From: a bacterium
Lineage (GTDB): Bacteria; UBA8248
Reading direction: 5' to 3'
Length of the DNA stretch: 64,000 nucleotides
Assembly: GCA_965199855.1 (NCBI GenBank)
Contig: OZ241326.1
Location: forward strand, 2,400,001 to 2,464,000
Shown piece by piece: positions 10,065-19,843 of the stretch. Position 1 is the stretch's first letter. Each line of letters opens with the position of its first letter. The translations under genes were made by a program, and so were the position numbers. Below the pieces are notes generated by a model. It saw only the letters and a list, made by a program, of their open reading frames with translations, was not told where the DNA came from and ran no database searches.

Positions 10065-11536
10065 GCGCCCTCTTCCCCCTGCTCGTCGTCTGGCCGCTCG
10101 CCACGGGCGTCGTTCTCTTCCTCGTCCGCAAAAGGCGCGCCCTCCAGGAGAGCCTGAGCCTCCTCTCGCTGCTGGCGAACCTGATGCTGGCCGTCGCGCT
10201 CCTGAGCGCCACGGCGGACGGGACGATATTCGTCCACAGGATGGGGCTGTGGCCCTTCCCCTACGCCATCGTTCTCGCCGCCGACCGGCTCGCCGCCACG
10301 CTCCTGTGCCTCTCCGCCTCCATCGTGGGGGCGTGCGCCGTGTTCGCCGGAAGCTACCTCACCGACGAGCAGCGCAGGGAGGCCTTCAGCCCCCTGCTGC
10401 ATTTTCTCCTGATGGGGATGCAGGGCTGCTTCATCACGGGCGATCTGTTCAACCTGTTCGTCTTCTTCGAGGTCATGCTCATGGCCACCTACGCGCTGCT
10501 CGGCTTCCACTACAGCCTCGACCAGCTCGAGATGGCCTTCAAATACGTCTGCCTGAACCTCATCGCCTCGGCCCTGTTCCTGATCGGCGTCTCGCTGCTC
10601 TACGCCCAGACGGGCACGGTGAACATGGCGGACCTCGCCGGGAAAATCGCGCTCCTGGGCCCCACGCCCCTCGTCGTGGCGACCGCCCTCGTCTTCATCT
10701 TCACGTTCAGCGTCAAGGCGGCCATCTTCCCCATGCACCTGTGGCTGCCCTCGGCGCATTCGATATCGCCCACCCCCGTCAGCGCCATCCTGGCGGGCGC
10801 GCTCGTCAAGGTGGGCCTCTACGCCGTCATCCGGTGCGCCACGCTCATCTTCCCGGCCGCGTTCCTGGAGCTCCAGCCGGGCCTCATCGCCCTCGGGCTG
10901 TGCACCATCGCCATGGGCGCGCTCGGCACCCTCTCGCAGACGAGCCTGAAGCGCATCCTCGCCTACAGCACCATCAACCAGCTCGGCTACATCGCCTTCG
11001 CGGTCGCCCTGCTCTCGCAGGCGGGGCTGGCGGCGGCGGTCTTCTACATCGCCGCCCACGCCTACCTGAAAAGCGCGTTGCTGCTGGGGGCGGGCCTCAG
11101 CCAGAAGCTCACCGGCACGGTGGACCTCGAGGAGATGGGCGGCATGATGGGCAAGGCGCCCTTCGCCAGCCTCCTGATGCTCGTGGGCTTCCTCTCCCTG
11201 GCGGGCTTCCCGCCCTTCGCGGGCTTCTTCGCCAAGCTCTTCGTTCTGCAGGCGGGGTTCGCGCAGGGGGCGACCCTCGCGACGGGCGTCGCCCTGGGGT
11301 TCGGCGTCATATCGCTCTACTACAACTTCACGACCTATCAGCGCTACGCCTGGGGAACGGGCGGAGGCGAGGTCGCCGCGGCGTCTCCCGCCCTCTACGG
11401 GGCCGCGGCCTTTCTCTCCGCCTTCGCGGTCATCTTCGGGGCGGGCGCGTTCTGGCTCTTCGAGTGGGCGCAGCTCGTGGCCGCCCAGATCACGAGGCCG
11501 GAGCTCTACGTCGCCGCCATGCGGCAGGCCGGATAG
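10061..11536 (+). CDS. mrpD: Mrp antiporter subunit D
   Basis: TGDLFNLFVFFEVML, KAAIFPMHLWLP, LKRILAYS, SLAGFPPFAGFFAK; ATGA overlap with mrpC. Confidence 0.95.
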   Translation: MSALFPLLVVWPLATGVVLFLVRKRRALQESLSLLSLLANLMLAVALLSATADGTIFVHRMGLWPFPYAIVLAADRLAATLLCLSASIVGACAVFAGSYLTDEQRREAFSPLLHFLLMGMQGCFITGDLFNLFVFFEVMLMATYALLGFHYSLDQLEMAFKYVCLNLIASALFLIGVSLLYAQTGTVNMADLAGKIALLGPTPLVVATALVFIFTFSVKAAIFPMHLWLPSAHSISPTPVSAILAGALVKVGLYAVIRCATLIFPAAFLELQPGLIALGLCTIAMGALGTLSQTSLKRILAYSTINQLGYIAFAVALLSQAGLAAAVFYIAAHAYLKSALLLGAGLSQKLTGTVDLEEMGGMMGKAPFASLLMLVGFLSLAGFPPFAGFFAKLFVLQAGFAQGATLATGVALGFGVISLYYNFTTYQRYAWGTGGGEVAAASPALYGAAAFLSAFAVIFGAGAFWLFEWAQLVAAQITRPELYVAAMRQAG

Positions 11537-11547
11537 GAGAACAGCGG

Positions 11548-12021
11548 ATGCCGCTCGCCGCCCTCGCCCTCGTCATCGCCGCCCTGTGGATCTTCCTTCA
11601 CGGCAGCGCCACGCCCGGGCGCTTCTTCGTGGGCCTCGTCATGGCCGCCCTCATCATCGGCTTTCTGAGAAAATCCTGCTACGAGGAGCGGACGTTCCTG
11701 CGGCTCGGCAGCTACGCCCGATACCTGAGAAGCTTCGCCTGGGAGCTCCTCGCGGCGAATCTGCAGGTTCTGAGAATCGTCCTAAGCCCCCGGCTGTCGA
11801 TTCGCCCGGGCATCATCTCCTACCGGACGGTCTGCAGGACGCCCCTGGGGGTGACGATGCTGGCCAACTCCATCACCCTCACCCCCGGAACGCTGAGCGT
11901 GGACGTGTCCGAGGATCACGCGACGATCTTCGTCCACACCCTGGACATCGACCACCCCGACGAGGTCGCCGCCGGCATCCGGGAGGGGCTGGAGCGCCCC
12001 ATCGCGGGAGCGGTGGAATGA
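11548..12021 (+). CDS. mrpE: Mrp antiporter subunit E
   Basis: LANSITLTPGTL and FVHTLD motifs. Confidence 0.95.
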   Translation: MPLAALALVIAALWIFLHGSATPGRFFVGLVMAALIIGFLRKSCYEERTFLRLGSYARYLRSFAWELLAANLQVLRIVLSPRLSIRPGIISYRTVCRTPLGVTMLANSITLTPGTLSVDVSEDHATIFVHTLDIDHPDEVAAGIREGLERPIAGAVE

Positions 12022-12287
12022 TCGCCGCCGCCGTCCAGATCAGCCTCGTCATGCTGGGCCTCTCGGTGGCGCTGGCGTTCGTCCGCCTCGTCAAGGGCCC
12101 CACGACCTCCGACCGCGTCGTGGCCGCCGACGCCATCGCCACGAACGTGCTGGGCGTCATCGCCCTCTACGCGATACAGACGGGCAACGGCCTGTTCATC
12201 ATCGCCGCCCTCGCCCTGGCGATTCTGAGCTTCGTGGGGACGACGGCGTACGCGAAGTTCCTGGAGAGGGGGAGAATCATTGAGTGA
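12018..12287 (+). CDS. mrpF: Mrp antiporter subunit F
   Basis: RLVKGPTTSDRVVAAD and LSFVGTTAYAKFLERG. Confidence 0.95.
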   Translation: MIAAAVQISLVMLGLSVALAFVRLVKGPTTSDRVVAADAIATNVLGVIALYAIQTGNGLFIIAALALAILSFVGTTAYAKFLERGRIIE

Positions 12288-12663
12288 GGCCCTCGCCTGC
12301 GCCCTCCTGCTCATCGGCGCGTTCTTCATGCTGGTGGCGAGCGTCGGGCTTCTGCGCCTGCCGGACGTCTATTGCCGGATGCACGCCGCCACCAAGGCGA
12401 CCACCTTCGGAATGCTCGGCATCCTCCTGGGGGCGAGCCTCGTGTTCCAGAGCGCGGCCGTGACGACGCAGGCGCTCCTCGCCGTCTTCTTCCTGTTCCT
12501 GACCGCCCCCGTCGCCGCGCACCTCATCTCGCGCGCCGCCTACAAGCGCGGCCCCGACCTTTGCCCCGAGACCACGCACGACGAATACGGCGAATACCTC
12601 AGGAAGCGAGAGGGCGCGGCCGGGGAGGAGGAAGCCGGCGGCGAGGGGCGGGAAAGCCCTTGA
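12280..12663 (+). CDS. mrpG: Mrp antiporter subunit G
   Basis: GLLRLPDVYCRMHAATKATTFG and LTAPVAAHLISRAAY. Confidence 0.95.
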   Translation: MSEALACALLLIGAFFMLVASVGLLRLPDVYCRMHAATKATTFGMLGILLGASLVFQSAAVTTQALLAVFFLFLTAPVAAHLISRAAYKRGPDLCPETTHDEYGEYLRKREGAAGEEEAGGEGRESP

Positions 12664-12681
12664 AAAAGCGCGGCGAGGCGC

Positions 12682-13530
12682 ATGGCTGAGCCGAAGAGCG
12701 TCTTCATCGAAAGGGGCGGCGTCCGGCTTCACGCCCTGGATCACGGGGGCGAGGACAGGCCCGTTCTCCTCATGCTGCACGGCGCGGCGGCCCACGCGCG
12801 CTGGTGGGATCACGCCGCGCCCCGCTACGGGGACATCCTGCGGCCGGTGGCGACGGATCACCGGGGCCACGGCGACAGCGCGTGGCAGAGCGAATACCGC
12901 TTCGAGGACCTCCTGGGCGACCTCGCCGCCTGGGTGGCGTGGGCGACCGGGGCGGCGGGCGGGCGGAAGCCCTGGCTGCTGGCGCACTCGATGGGCGGCG
13001 TCGTCGCCCTCAACCTCTTCGCCCTCGCTCCGCCCGAGGCGGCGGGCCTCATCGTCGTGGACGCCCCGCTCCGGACCACGGGCGAAATCCTCGCCGAGGT
13101 GCGCGCCTTCGGGAGGCGGCCCGAGAGGCCCTGGGCCTCGCGGGAGCTTTTCGTGGAAAAATTCAGGCTCCTGCCCTCATCGGACAGGGCGGATCCGGCC
13201 GTCATCGCCCACATCGCGCGCCACGCCGTGCGGCGCGGCGGCGAGGACGCCTGGACGGTGAAGGCGGACAGGCGGTTTCACCTCACCCGCCCCGAGACCG
13301 ACCAGCGGCCCGGCTGGCTGAAAGTCGGGACGCCCGCCCTGCTCGTGGCGGGGGGGATGTCCGACCGCCTGAAGGAGGAGGGCTTCGCCTGGATGCGCGA
13401 AAACGCGCCGGGCGTGGAGATCGCGGTGATTCCGGGAGCGCATCACCACGTCTTCATCGACGCGCCGGAGGAGTTCATCCGCGTGACGCGGGCGTTTCTG
13501 AAAAGGGAGATTTCCCGCGCGTCCGAATGA
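12682..13530 (+). CDS. Alpha/beta-fold hydrolase
   Basis: LMLHG, DHRGHGDS, nucleophile elbow AHSMGG, C-terminal GAHHHVF. Confidence 0.9.
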   Translation: MAEPKSVFIERGGVRLHALDHGGEDRPVLLMLHGAAAHARWWDHAAPRYGDILRPVATDHRGHGDSAWQSEYRFEDLLGDLAAWVAWATGAAGGRKPWLLAHSMGGVVALNLFALAPPEAAGLIVVDAPLRTTGEILAEVRAFGRRPERPWASRELFVEKFRLLPSSDRADPAVIAHIARHAVRRGGEDAWTVKADRRFHLTRPETDQRPGWLKVGTPALLVAGGMSDRLKEEGFAWMRENAPGVEIAVIPGAHHHVFIDAPEEFIRVTRAFLKREISRASE

Positions 13531-13722
13531 GGAGGGCGGAGCGCGCGCCGGGCATGGTAAGTTGCCCCGGGAGGGGCGGCAAGCGGGCTGCGCCTCCTGT
13601 TAGACAAGGCGGACGGACGGGGGCGGGATGGCGAAGCTCATGGACGGCGCGGGCGATATGGCGTCCCTTCCGGGCTCGCTCGACGGCGGGCCTCTCCTGA
13701 AAATCGAACGGGAGGAGAAGGC

Positions 13723-14931
13723 ATGAAGAAAACGCGGCTCCTGACGGGGTGGGCGTTGACGCTGATCATGGCGGGATGCGCTGCGCCCACCATGAAAGTT
13801 CCGCCCGTGACGAAGTACGAGCAGAGGGAGGAGGCCAGGAAGCAGATAGCGATGGCTTCCAGAAGAACCCCGCTGAAAATGAGGAAGAACGAGAAGAACC
13901 TCGATCCGGAGAAGTGGCTGAACGAGATCGCCTATCAGATTTATCGAGCGAACGCCGAGTTTTGCGACAAGACGAGATTCATATCGGGATTCAGCTGGGA
14001 GAGCAGGCCGTATCTCTACAAGGGGGCGTTGGGAGATCGGGCGGCCTACGTCCTTCAGGTGTACGAGGACTCTCCGGCGGAGAAGGCGGGCTTGAAGGAA
14101 GGGGATCGGATTATCAGGATAAACGGGCATTATTTGGGGACATCAGGCGCGGGCGGGAAGAATATGCTTGAAAATCATTTCAGGCAGGGGGGGATGACGA
14201 ACCAGCTCGTGGTGGACAGGGGAGGGACAAGGAGGGGAGCGCCGGCGGAACTGGTGGAAATAAGCGTAGGACAGACCAGGAACTGCGACTATCCGGTTCA
14301 CATAAAGCCGGACGGCAAGGTCAACGCCTACACCGACGGGAAGAAGATCGTCTTTACCACGGGGCTGTTGAAGTTCGCGGACACCTCGGAGGAGCTGGCG
14401 TTCGTGCTCTCCCACGAGTTGGCGCACATCATCGAGAAGCACGTGGACAAGTCGAAAGCCAACACGTTCATCGGCGCCGGAATTGGAGCGGCGGTAGGAG
14501 CCGCGCTGGGGGTATTGCTGGACGCCGGACGTTCCCGATCTTCCGGCGGAGAGAAGAAAAGGACGACGAATTACGCCGAGAGACTGGGGACGGTGGGGAT
14601 GGCGGCCGGAGCGATAAAGGGAAGACTGGCGTACTCCCCCGAGTTTGAAGGAGAGGCCGACTACATCGGGGTGTATTTGATGGGAAGGGCGGGATACGAG
14701 CTCGACAACGTAGCGGGGTTCTGGAGAAGGATGGGAGCGAAGCATCCACAGGCGATTATGCACAGCGTTACGCATCAGCCGACGGCGAAAAGGTTCGTGG
14801 CGGTGGAAAAAGCGGTAAGAGAGTTCAAGTGGAAGCAGAGCCGGGGGGAGAGGTTGATTCCGGAGAAGAAGGCGTTCTCGACGGGGAGCTACGCTGAATC
14901 CGAACATGGGAACGAGGGAGAAGGCAACTAG
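13723..14931 (+). CDS. M48-family Zn metalloprotease lipoprotein with PDZ domain
   Basis: Lipobox MAGC; PDZ VYEDSPAEKAGLKEGDRIIRING; VNAYTDG, ELAFVLSHELAH, FEGEADYIG, THQP. Confidence 0.9.
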   Translation: MKKTRLLTGWALTLIMAGCAAPTMKVPPVTKYEQREEARKQIAMASRRTPLKMRKNEKNLDPEKWLNEIAYQIYRANAEFCDKTRFISGFSWESRPYLYKGALGDRAAYVLQVYEDSPAEKAGLKEGDRIIRINGHYLGTSGAGGKNMLENHFRQGGMTNQLVVDRGGTRRGAPAELVEISVGQTRNCDYPVHIKPDGKVNAYTDGKKIVFTTGLLKFADTSEELAFVLSHELAHIIEKHVDKSKANTFIGAGIGAAVGAALGVLLDAGRSRSSGGEKKRTTNYAERLGTVGMAAGAIKGRLAYSPEFEGEADYIGVYLMGRAGYELDNVAGFWRRMGAKHPQAIMHSVTHQPTAKRFVAVEKAVREFKWKQSRGERLIPEKKAFSTGSYAESEHGNEGEGN

Positions 14932-15003
14932 ATTCAACCCGGGATGGAGCCTCTCCCCTCCGCCGGAGGTCGGCCCCGCCCGCCTCGCTCCGTCCGCGTC
15001 CTT

Positions 15004-15270
15004 CTACGCTCTCAGGACGGGTATTCTTCCGTTCGCGCAATCCCGATCAATATCCAGATACCGGACGAGTTTTTTCACGTGGCCCGGCTCGATCTCCGCG
15101 TTCTCCGATATGCGCTTCCGGCCATGCTCTCCCCGGGGAAAGGACGGGTATGTCTTCCCGCCGTAATGGAAGCGCAGAAAATGCGGCGTCGGCTTGTACA
15201 CATAGCCGGGGGCGCATTCATCCAGCATGTCGAAAACGGCCTTGAGCTTCACCCTGCCGACCGAGGGCAC
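15004..15270 (-). CDS. Putative divergent HicA-like toxin (dsRBD-fold RNase)
   Basis: 88-aa basic protein. HFLRF...FPRGEHG...EIEPGHVKKLVRYLDI resembles the HicA H...VP-H...EI-PGTL-SILK pattern. Lies 3 bp after a HicB-like gene. Confidence 0.55.
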   Translation of the reverse strand: MPSVGRVKLKAVFDMLDECAPGYVYKPTPHFLRFHYGGKTYPSFPRGEHGRKRISENAEIEPGHVKKLVRYLDIDRDCANGRIPVLRA

Positions 15271-15273
15271 GGG

Positions 15274-15765
15274 TCAGGCGGCGATGAGGGCCGTCGGAGG
15301 ATCGATGAGGTTTTCCTTCGCGTTTTCTTTCGGACCGATTCTCTCCAGCGCCACCCTGGCGATGACGACGCGCGCCGGGGAGTCGGCCGACTTCCTCGGC
15401 ATGTCCTTCCGCCGGATTTTTCCACTCCGCACCTCTTCCACCGCCCGGCTCCACAGCGCCTGCGTTTCCGCGCAGGATTCGGAGAAGAACGCCCGCGCTC
15501 CGGCCCTGAAGTCCTTGAAGCCGGCCGCCTCTTCGGCGACGTCCTCGAGCACGTTGAAAAAGGCGCGCCGGAAGTTCATGTATGCTTCGCGCTCGTTTTC
15601 GCCCGACGCGGCCAGCCCGCCCGGCGTGACGCCGTAGAGCCACACGCGCCGGCTCGCTCCCCTGCCTTCGAGCTCGCCCAGAACGCGGCCCCTCGCGCGC
15701 ACGTCGGCCAGAAAGCCCTTGCCGAACACCTTGTCCCTGAAATCGAACAGGAACGGATACCTCAT
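15274..15765 (-). CDS. Putative HicB-like antitoxin
   Basis: WLYGVTPGGLAASGENEREAYMNFRRAF resembles the HicB partial RNase H fold (P-LPG-x-S-G-T-EEA-N-EA). ATG 15765 has a purine-rich SD. Confidence 0.55.
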   Translation of the reverse strand: MRYPFLFDFRDKVFGKGFLADVRARGRVLGELEGRGASRRVWLYGVTPGGLAASGENEREAYMNFRRAFFNVLEDVAEEAAGFKDFRAGARAFFSESCAETQALWSRAVEEVRSGKIRRKDMPRKSADSPARVVIARVALERIGPKENAKENLIDPPTALIAA

Positions 15766-15887
15766 TTCGCCCCCTTTTTTTCTCTGCTGGATGTCGCGCC
15801 TGCAGAATGCAACACGACGTCTCAACGTCGCCACCGCCCCGGCGGCTCGTCAAGTCCCGCCTTGAAGCCCCCGCGTCGTCTCCCGTC

Positions 15888-17567
15888 TCACTCCGTCACC
15901 GCCAGGGGCGCCATGGCCTCGATGTCGCTCACGCAGTCGATGACGACGGGCCGGTTCGCGCTGAACGCCTGATCGAGCGCGCTTTCGAGCTCGCCCGGCT
16001 TCTCCACGCGGATGCCGAGGGCGCCCATCGTCCCGGCGATTTCGGCGAAGTTCACCGCGTTGAGCTTCCACAGCTCGCCGGCCTGCTCGGTCTGCGCGCC
16101 GCCGTAGGCGCGGTCGAAGCCGCGCTTGGACTGGTTGCCCGAGGCGTTGTTGTTCACGAGGGTCACCGCGTTGATCTTCCAGCGCGCGGCGGTCTCGATT
16201 TCCGGGAGGTGGTACCAGAAGCCCGAATCGCCGTTGAAGGCGAACACGGGCCGGTCGGGGAGGGCGCACTTGGCGCCCAGCCCCGCCGGGAAGGCCCAGC
16301 CCAGATGCCCCGCGCTCCGGATGTAGCTCTGCTCCGGGTGCGAGAGGTCGTACATGCCGCCCATCCACATGCCCGAGTGGCCCGTGTCGGCGAGCACCAC
16401 GCAGTCGGAGGGCAGATGCTCCGTCAGCTCCCGGCAGATGCGCTCGGGGCGCATGGGCGCGGCGTCGGATTCGAGATATTCGCGGAACTCCTCGCGCCAC
16501 CCCGCCACGAAGCCCCGCGCCTTCTCCGCCCAGCCCGCGCGCGAGGCGGCGGACTCCCCGCTCGCCGCCTCCGCCATTTTCCGCAGGCTCGTCCTGGCGT
16601 CTCCCAGAACCGCCGCCCGGAGGGGGTAGTTGCGCGCCAGAGCCTCGGGGTCGATGTCCAGCTGGACGGCGGGCGTCCCGATGGGAGGGACGGCCCAGAA
16701 GTGGGTGGTCATGCCGCCCGTCTCGGTGCCGACGAAGAACGCCAGATCCGCCGCGTTCACCACACGGTTCGCGCTTTTTCTCGAATAGGTGCCCACGACG
16801 CCCACGGAGAGGGGATGATTGCCCGGAATGCTGTCCTTGCCGTTCAGGGAGGTCGCCACCGGAACGTTCAGCTTCTCCGCCAGGGCGATGAGCTCGGCGG
16901 ACGCTCCCGAGGCGCGAACGCCGCCGCCCGCGACGATGACGGGCCGCTCCGCTCTTTCCAGCAGCGCGACCGCCGCCTTCACGCGCTCGGGCTCGGGCTC
17001 GGGCCGATAGGGGGGCAGCGCTCTGAAGTCCTCCTCGATGATCACCTCCATCTCGGCTTCCTCCACGTCGAGCTGCCCCTCGTTTCCGGCGAACTGGAGA
17101 TGGACGGGGCCCGGGCAGCCCGAGGTCGCCGCGCGGAAGGCCTGGCGCAGCATATCGGGAAAGCGCGACACGTCGTCCACCGTGGCGTTGAACTTCGTCA
17201 CCGGCTCGAAGGCGGGGACGTCGTCCACCTCCTGATAGACCTTTCGGAACTTTGTCTCCGGCAGGCGCCCTCCCGTGAAGGCGAGGACGGGAGACTTCGC
17301 CAGGAAGGCGTCGCGCAGGCCGGCCGCCAGATTCAGCGCGCCGATGACCTGCGCCATGCAGACGCCCGGCTTCCGGCCCGCGCGCGCGTAGCCGTCCGCC
17401 ATGTAGGCGGCGGACTTCTCGCCGTGGGTCTGGATGCGGGCGATGCCCGTTCGCTCCTCCATCTCGGCCATCGAGCGCCTGAGAACGGCGGGAACCATGA
17501 ACGTGTGGGTCACGCCGTAGCCCTTGAGCATCTCGGCCATGACGCGGGCGCCTGTCATCCTGGGCAT
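15888..17567 (-). CDS. Thiamine-diphosphate-dependent enzyme (acetolactate synthase-like family)
   Basis: THGEKSAAYMADGYAR, GPVHL, RPVIVAGGGV and the TPP motif GDSGF...NNN. Confidence 0.92.
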   Translation of the reverse strand: MPRMTGARVMAEMLKGYGVTHTFMVPAVLRRSMAEMEERTGIARIQTHGEKSAAYMADGYARAGRKPGVCMAQVIGALNLAAGLRDAFLAKSPVLAFTGGRLPETKFRKVYQEVDDVPAFEPVTKFNATVDDVSRFPDMLRQAFRAATSGCPGPVHLQFAGNEGQLDVEEAEMEVIIEEDFRALPPYRPEPEPERVKAAVALLERAERPVIVAGGGVRASGASAELIALAEKLNVPVATSLNGKDSIPGNHPLSVGVVGTYSRKSANRVVNAADLAFFVGTETGGMTTHFWAVPPIGTPAVQLDIDPEALARNYPLRAAVLGDARTSLRKMAEAASGESAASRAGWAEKARGFVAGWREEFREYLESDAAPMRPERICRELTEHLPSDCVVLADTGHSGMWMGGMYDLSHPEQSYIRSAGHLGWAFPAGLGAKCALPDRPVFAFNGDSGFWYHLPEIETAARWKINAVTLVNNNASGNQSKRGFDRAYGGAQTEQAGELWKLNAVNFAEIAGTMGALGIRVEKPGELESALDQAFSANRPVVIDCVSDIEAMAPLAVTE

Positions 17568-17655
17568 TCGCGGTGTCTCCTCATCGAAAAGTCTCGGGAA
17601 AAGCGCTCAATCGCCGGCTCGGGGATTCATGGGAAATACGGAACAGGGATATCAG

Positions 17656-18573
17656 TTACGCGGGAGAAAATCCAGCGCCCAGCGCGCCGCGCGCGGCGGC
17701 GGGAATCTCGCGCATGTCCTCCACCACGACGGCGCCCGCCTCCTCGAGCATCGCCTTCTTTCGCGCCGGAGAGCCTTCGCCGCGCTCGATGATGGCCGCC
17801 GCGTGGCCGAAGCTCGCCCCGCGCGGGGCGGACTCGTGAACCATGCCCGCGATGAAGGCGACCACCGGCTTCGTGAAGCCTCCCTCGCCCATCAGCCGCG
17901 CCGCCTCCTCCTCGAAGCAGGAGCCGGGCTCCCCGAACAGGACGACGCACTCCGTTTCGGGATCATCCTGGAGCAGGGGCATGAGATCGGCGAAGGAGGA
18001 GCCGATGAGCGCGTCGCCGCCCACGCTCACGTAGGCGCTCTGGCCGATTCCCTCCCGGCTCAGGAGCCAGCAGGTCTCGCTGCCCATCCCCCCGCTTCGG
18101 CTCAGCACGCCCACCGGCCCCCGCCGGAACAGGAGGTTCGTGACCGCCAGGTCGCCGCCCACGCCGCCCATCTTGGCGCGTCCGGGGCAGATGACGCCCT
18201 GGCTGTTCGGGCCGATGAGCCGCGCCCCCGCGCGCCGGGCGCGGGCGATCATCCGCGCCGCGTCGTGTTGCGGCAGCCCCTCGGCGCAGACGAGAATCAG
18301 CCCGACGCCCGCCTCCGCCGCCTCGATGGCCGAATCCGCCGCCGCGGCCGCCGGCACGAACAGGACGGCGGCGTCCGCCGGATGCGCGTCCAGGGCGTCG
18401 GCGAAAGAATCATGGACGGGGACGCCGTCGCAGTCCTCGCCCCCGCGGCCCGGCACCACGCCCGCGACCACCCGCGTCCCGTATTTCCGCATGAAGCCCG
18501 CGTGGGCGCGCGCCTGCCAGCCGGTGATGCCCGCCACGACGACGCGCGTCGCCTCGTCGATGAGGGCGCTCAA
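17656..18573 (-). CDS. Succinate-CoA ligase alpha-subunit-like protein
   Basis: TRVVVAGITG, VAGVVPGRGG, LIGPNSQG, SRSGG, VGGD, FGEPG and the phospho-His motif FGHAAAI. TTG 18573 overlaps the beta-subunit stop. Confidence 0.9.
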   Translation of the reverse strand: MSALIDEATRVVVAGITGWQARAHAGFMRKYGTRVVAGVVPGRGGEDCDGVPVHDSFADALDAHPADAAVLFVPAAAAADSAIEAAEAGVGLILVCAEGLPQHDAARMIARARRAGARLIGPNSQGVICPGRAKMGGVGGDLAVTNLLFRRGPVGVLSRSGGMGSETCWLLSREGIGQSAYVSVGGDALIGSSFADLMPLLQDDPETECVVLFGEPGSCFEEEAARLMGEGGFTKPVVAFIAGMVHESAPRGASFGHAAAIIERGEGSPARKKAMLEEAGAVVVEDMREIPAAARGALGAGFSPA

Positions 18574-19811
18574 CGCCCGCCCCCCGTCCGGGGCGCGCCG
18601 CGCTTCAGCGCCTCGACCTGGGCGACGATGCGCCCTGCGGCCTCCTCGAGCGTCGCCTCCGCGCCCAGATACTGAAGCCCCGGGCACGTCCGCGCGATCT
18701 CGCGCGCCTCCTCGCCGCCCGCGCCCGCGAAGCGGACGATGAAGGGGAAGGCGGCGAGATCCACCCCCGTCTCCCGGACGGCGCGGACGATGGCGCGGAC
18801 CTTCAGCTGCACGCGCGAGAAGCTCGTGATGTTGCTCCCCGCCAGCGCGCCCCTGACGCCGGGCATCTTCAGGATTTCCTTCGCGATCAGGAAATACTTC
18901 TCCTCCAGCGGCCCCGGCGTGATGTCGAACGCCGTCGCCGGCTTCCCGCCCAGGCGCGCCATCACGTCGAGGAGATACAGGCCGCCTCCGCCCCCGCTCC
19001 ACAGCAGGGCGATCTCCCCGCCCTCGAACTCCGTGAAGCGCGCCGCGCCGCGGGGCGGCACGCGGGCGTCTATCTCCGCGACGCGCGCCTCGAGAGGGGT
19101 GGGCGGGCGCCAGCCGCCGAGGGAGTCCTCATCGAGCAGCGCCTCCAGTTCGGGATGGCGAAACAGCGCGTCCGCGTCCAGATCGAGCGCGCACGCGGCG
19201 GCGGCGACCTCGCCGCTCTCCTCCAGGACGAGCGGGTTGACTTCCAGAAGCCGCGCCTCCGTCCGGCGAAACAGCGCGAAGCAGGCGTGAGCGGCGAGCA
19301 CCGCGCGATAGAGCGCCTCCCCGCTCAGCCCGCAGGCGCGCAGAAAGGAGACGCACGCCTCCTCGCTCAGCCCCTCCAGAATATCGACCTCGATCCGCTT
19401 GAGCGCGCCCGGGTTCTCCTCCAGCAGCGTCTCGACCTCGACGCCGCCCTCGGCGCTGAACATGACGAGCGGCCCGCGCGAGGCGCTGTCGAAGGAGACG
19501 GAAAGATACCACTCCCGCTCGATCGCGAGCCGCTCCTCCACCAGAACGCGCCTGACAGGAAAGCGGCGCGCGACGCCGCCCAGCAGCTTCCGCGCCGCCC
19601 GCTCCGCCTCCTCCGGAGTATCCGCCGGCAGAATCGCCCCCGCCTTGCCGCGCCCGCCCACGGGCGCGAGCGCCTTCACCATGACGGGCGCGCCGATGCG
19701 GCGCGCGGCGCCGGCCGCCTCGGCGGGCGTTCGCGCCGCGCGGCCTTCGGGGACGCGGACGCCCGCGTCCCCCAGCAGCGCTTTCGCCTTGTCCTCATAG
19801 AGGCGGGGCAT
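18570..19811 (-). CDS. Succinate-CoA ligase beta-subunit-like ATP-grasp protein
   Basis: RLYEDKAKALL, VKA...GGRGKAG, VLVEE, EGGVEVE, EVNPL, DADALFRHPEL; the C-terminal domain is divergent. Confidence 0.88.
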   Translation of the reverse strand: MPRLYEDKAKALLGDAGVRVPEGRAARTPAEAAGAARRIGAPVMVKALAPVGGRGKAGAILPADTPEEAERAARKLLGGVARRFPVRRVLVEERLAIEREWYLSVSFDSASRGPLVMFSAEGGVEVETLLEENPGALKRIEVDILEGLSEEACVSFLRACGLSGEALYRAVLAAHACFALFRRTEARLLEVNPLVLEESGEVAAAACALDLDADALFRHPELEALLDEDSLGGWRPPTPLEARVAEIDARVPPRGAARFTEFEGGEIALLWSGGGGGLYLLDVMARLGGKPATAFDITPGPLEEKYFLIAKEILKMPGVRGALAGSNITSFSRVQLKVRAIVRAVRETGVDLAAFPFIVRFAGAGGEEAREIARTCPGLQYLGAEATLEEAAGRIVAQVEALKRGAPRTGGGR

Positions 19812-19843
19812 TCGCTCTCACCCGAACGCGGGAGGGGGACGCT

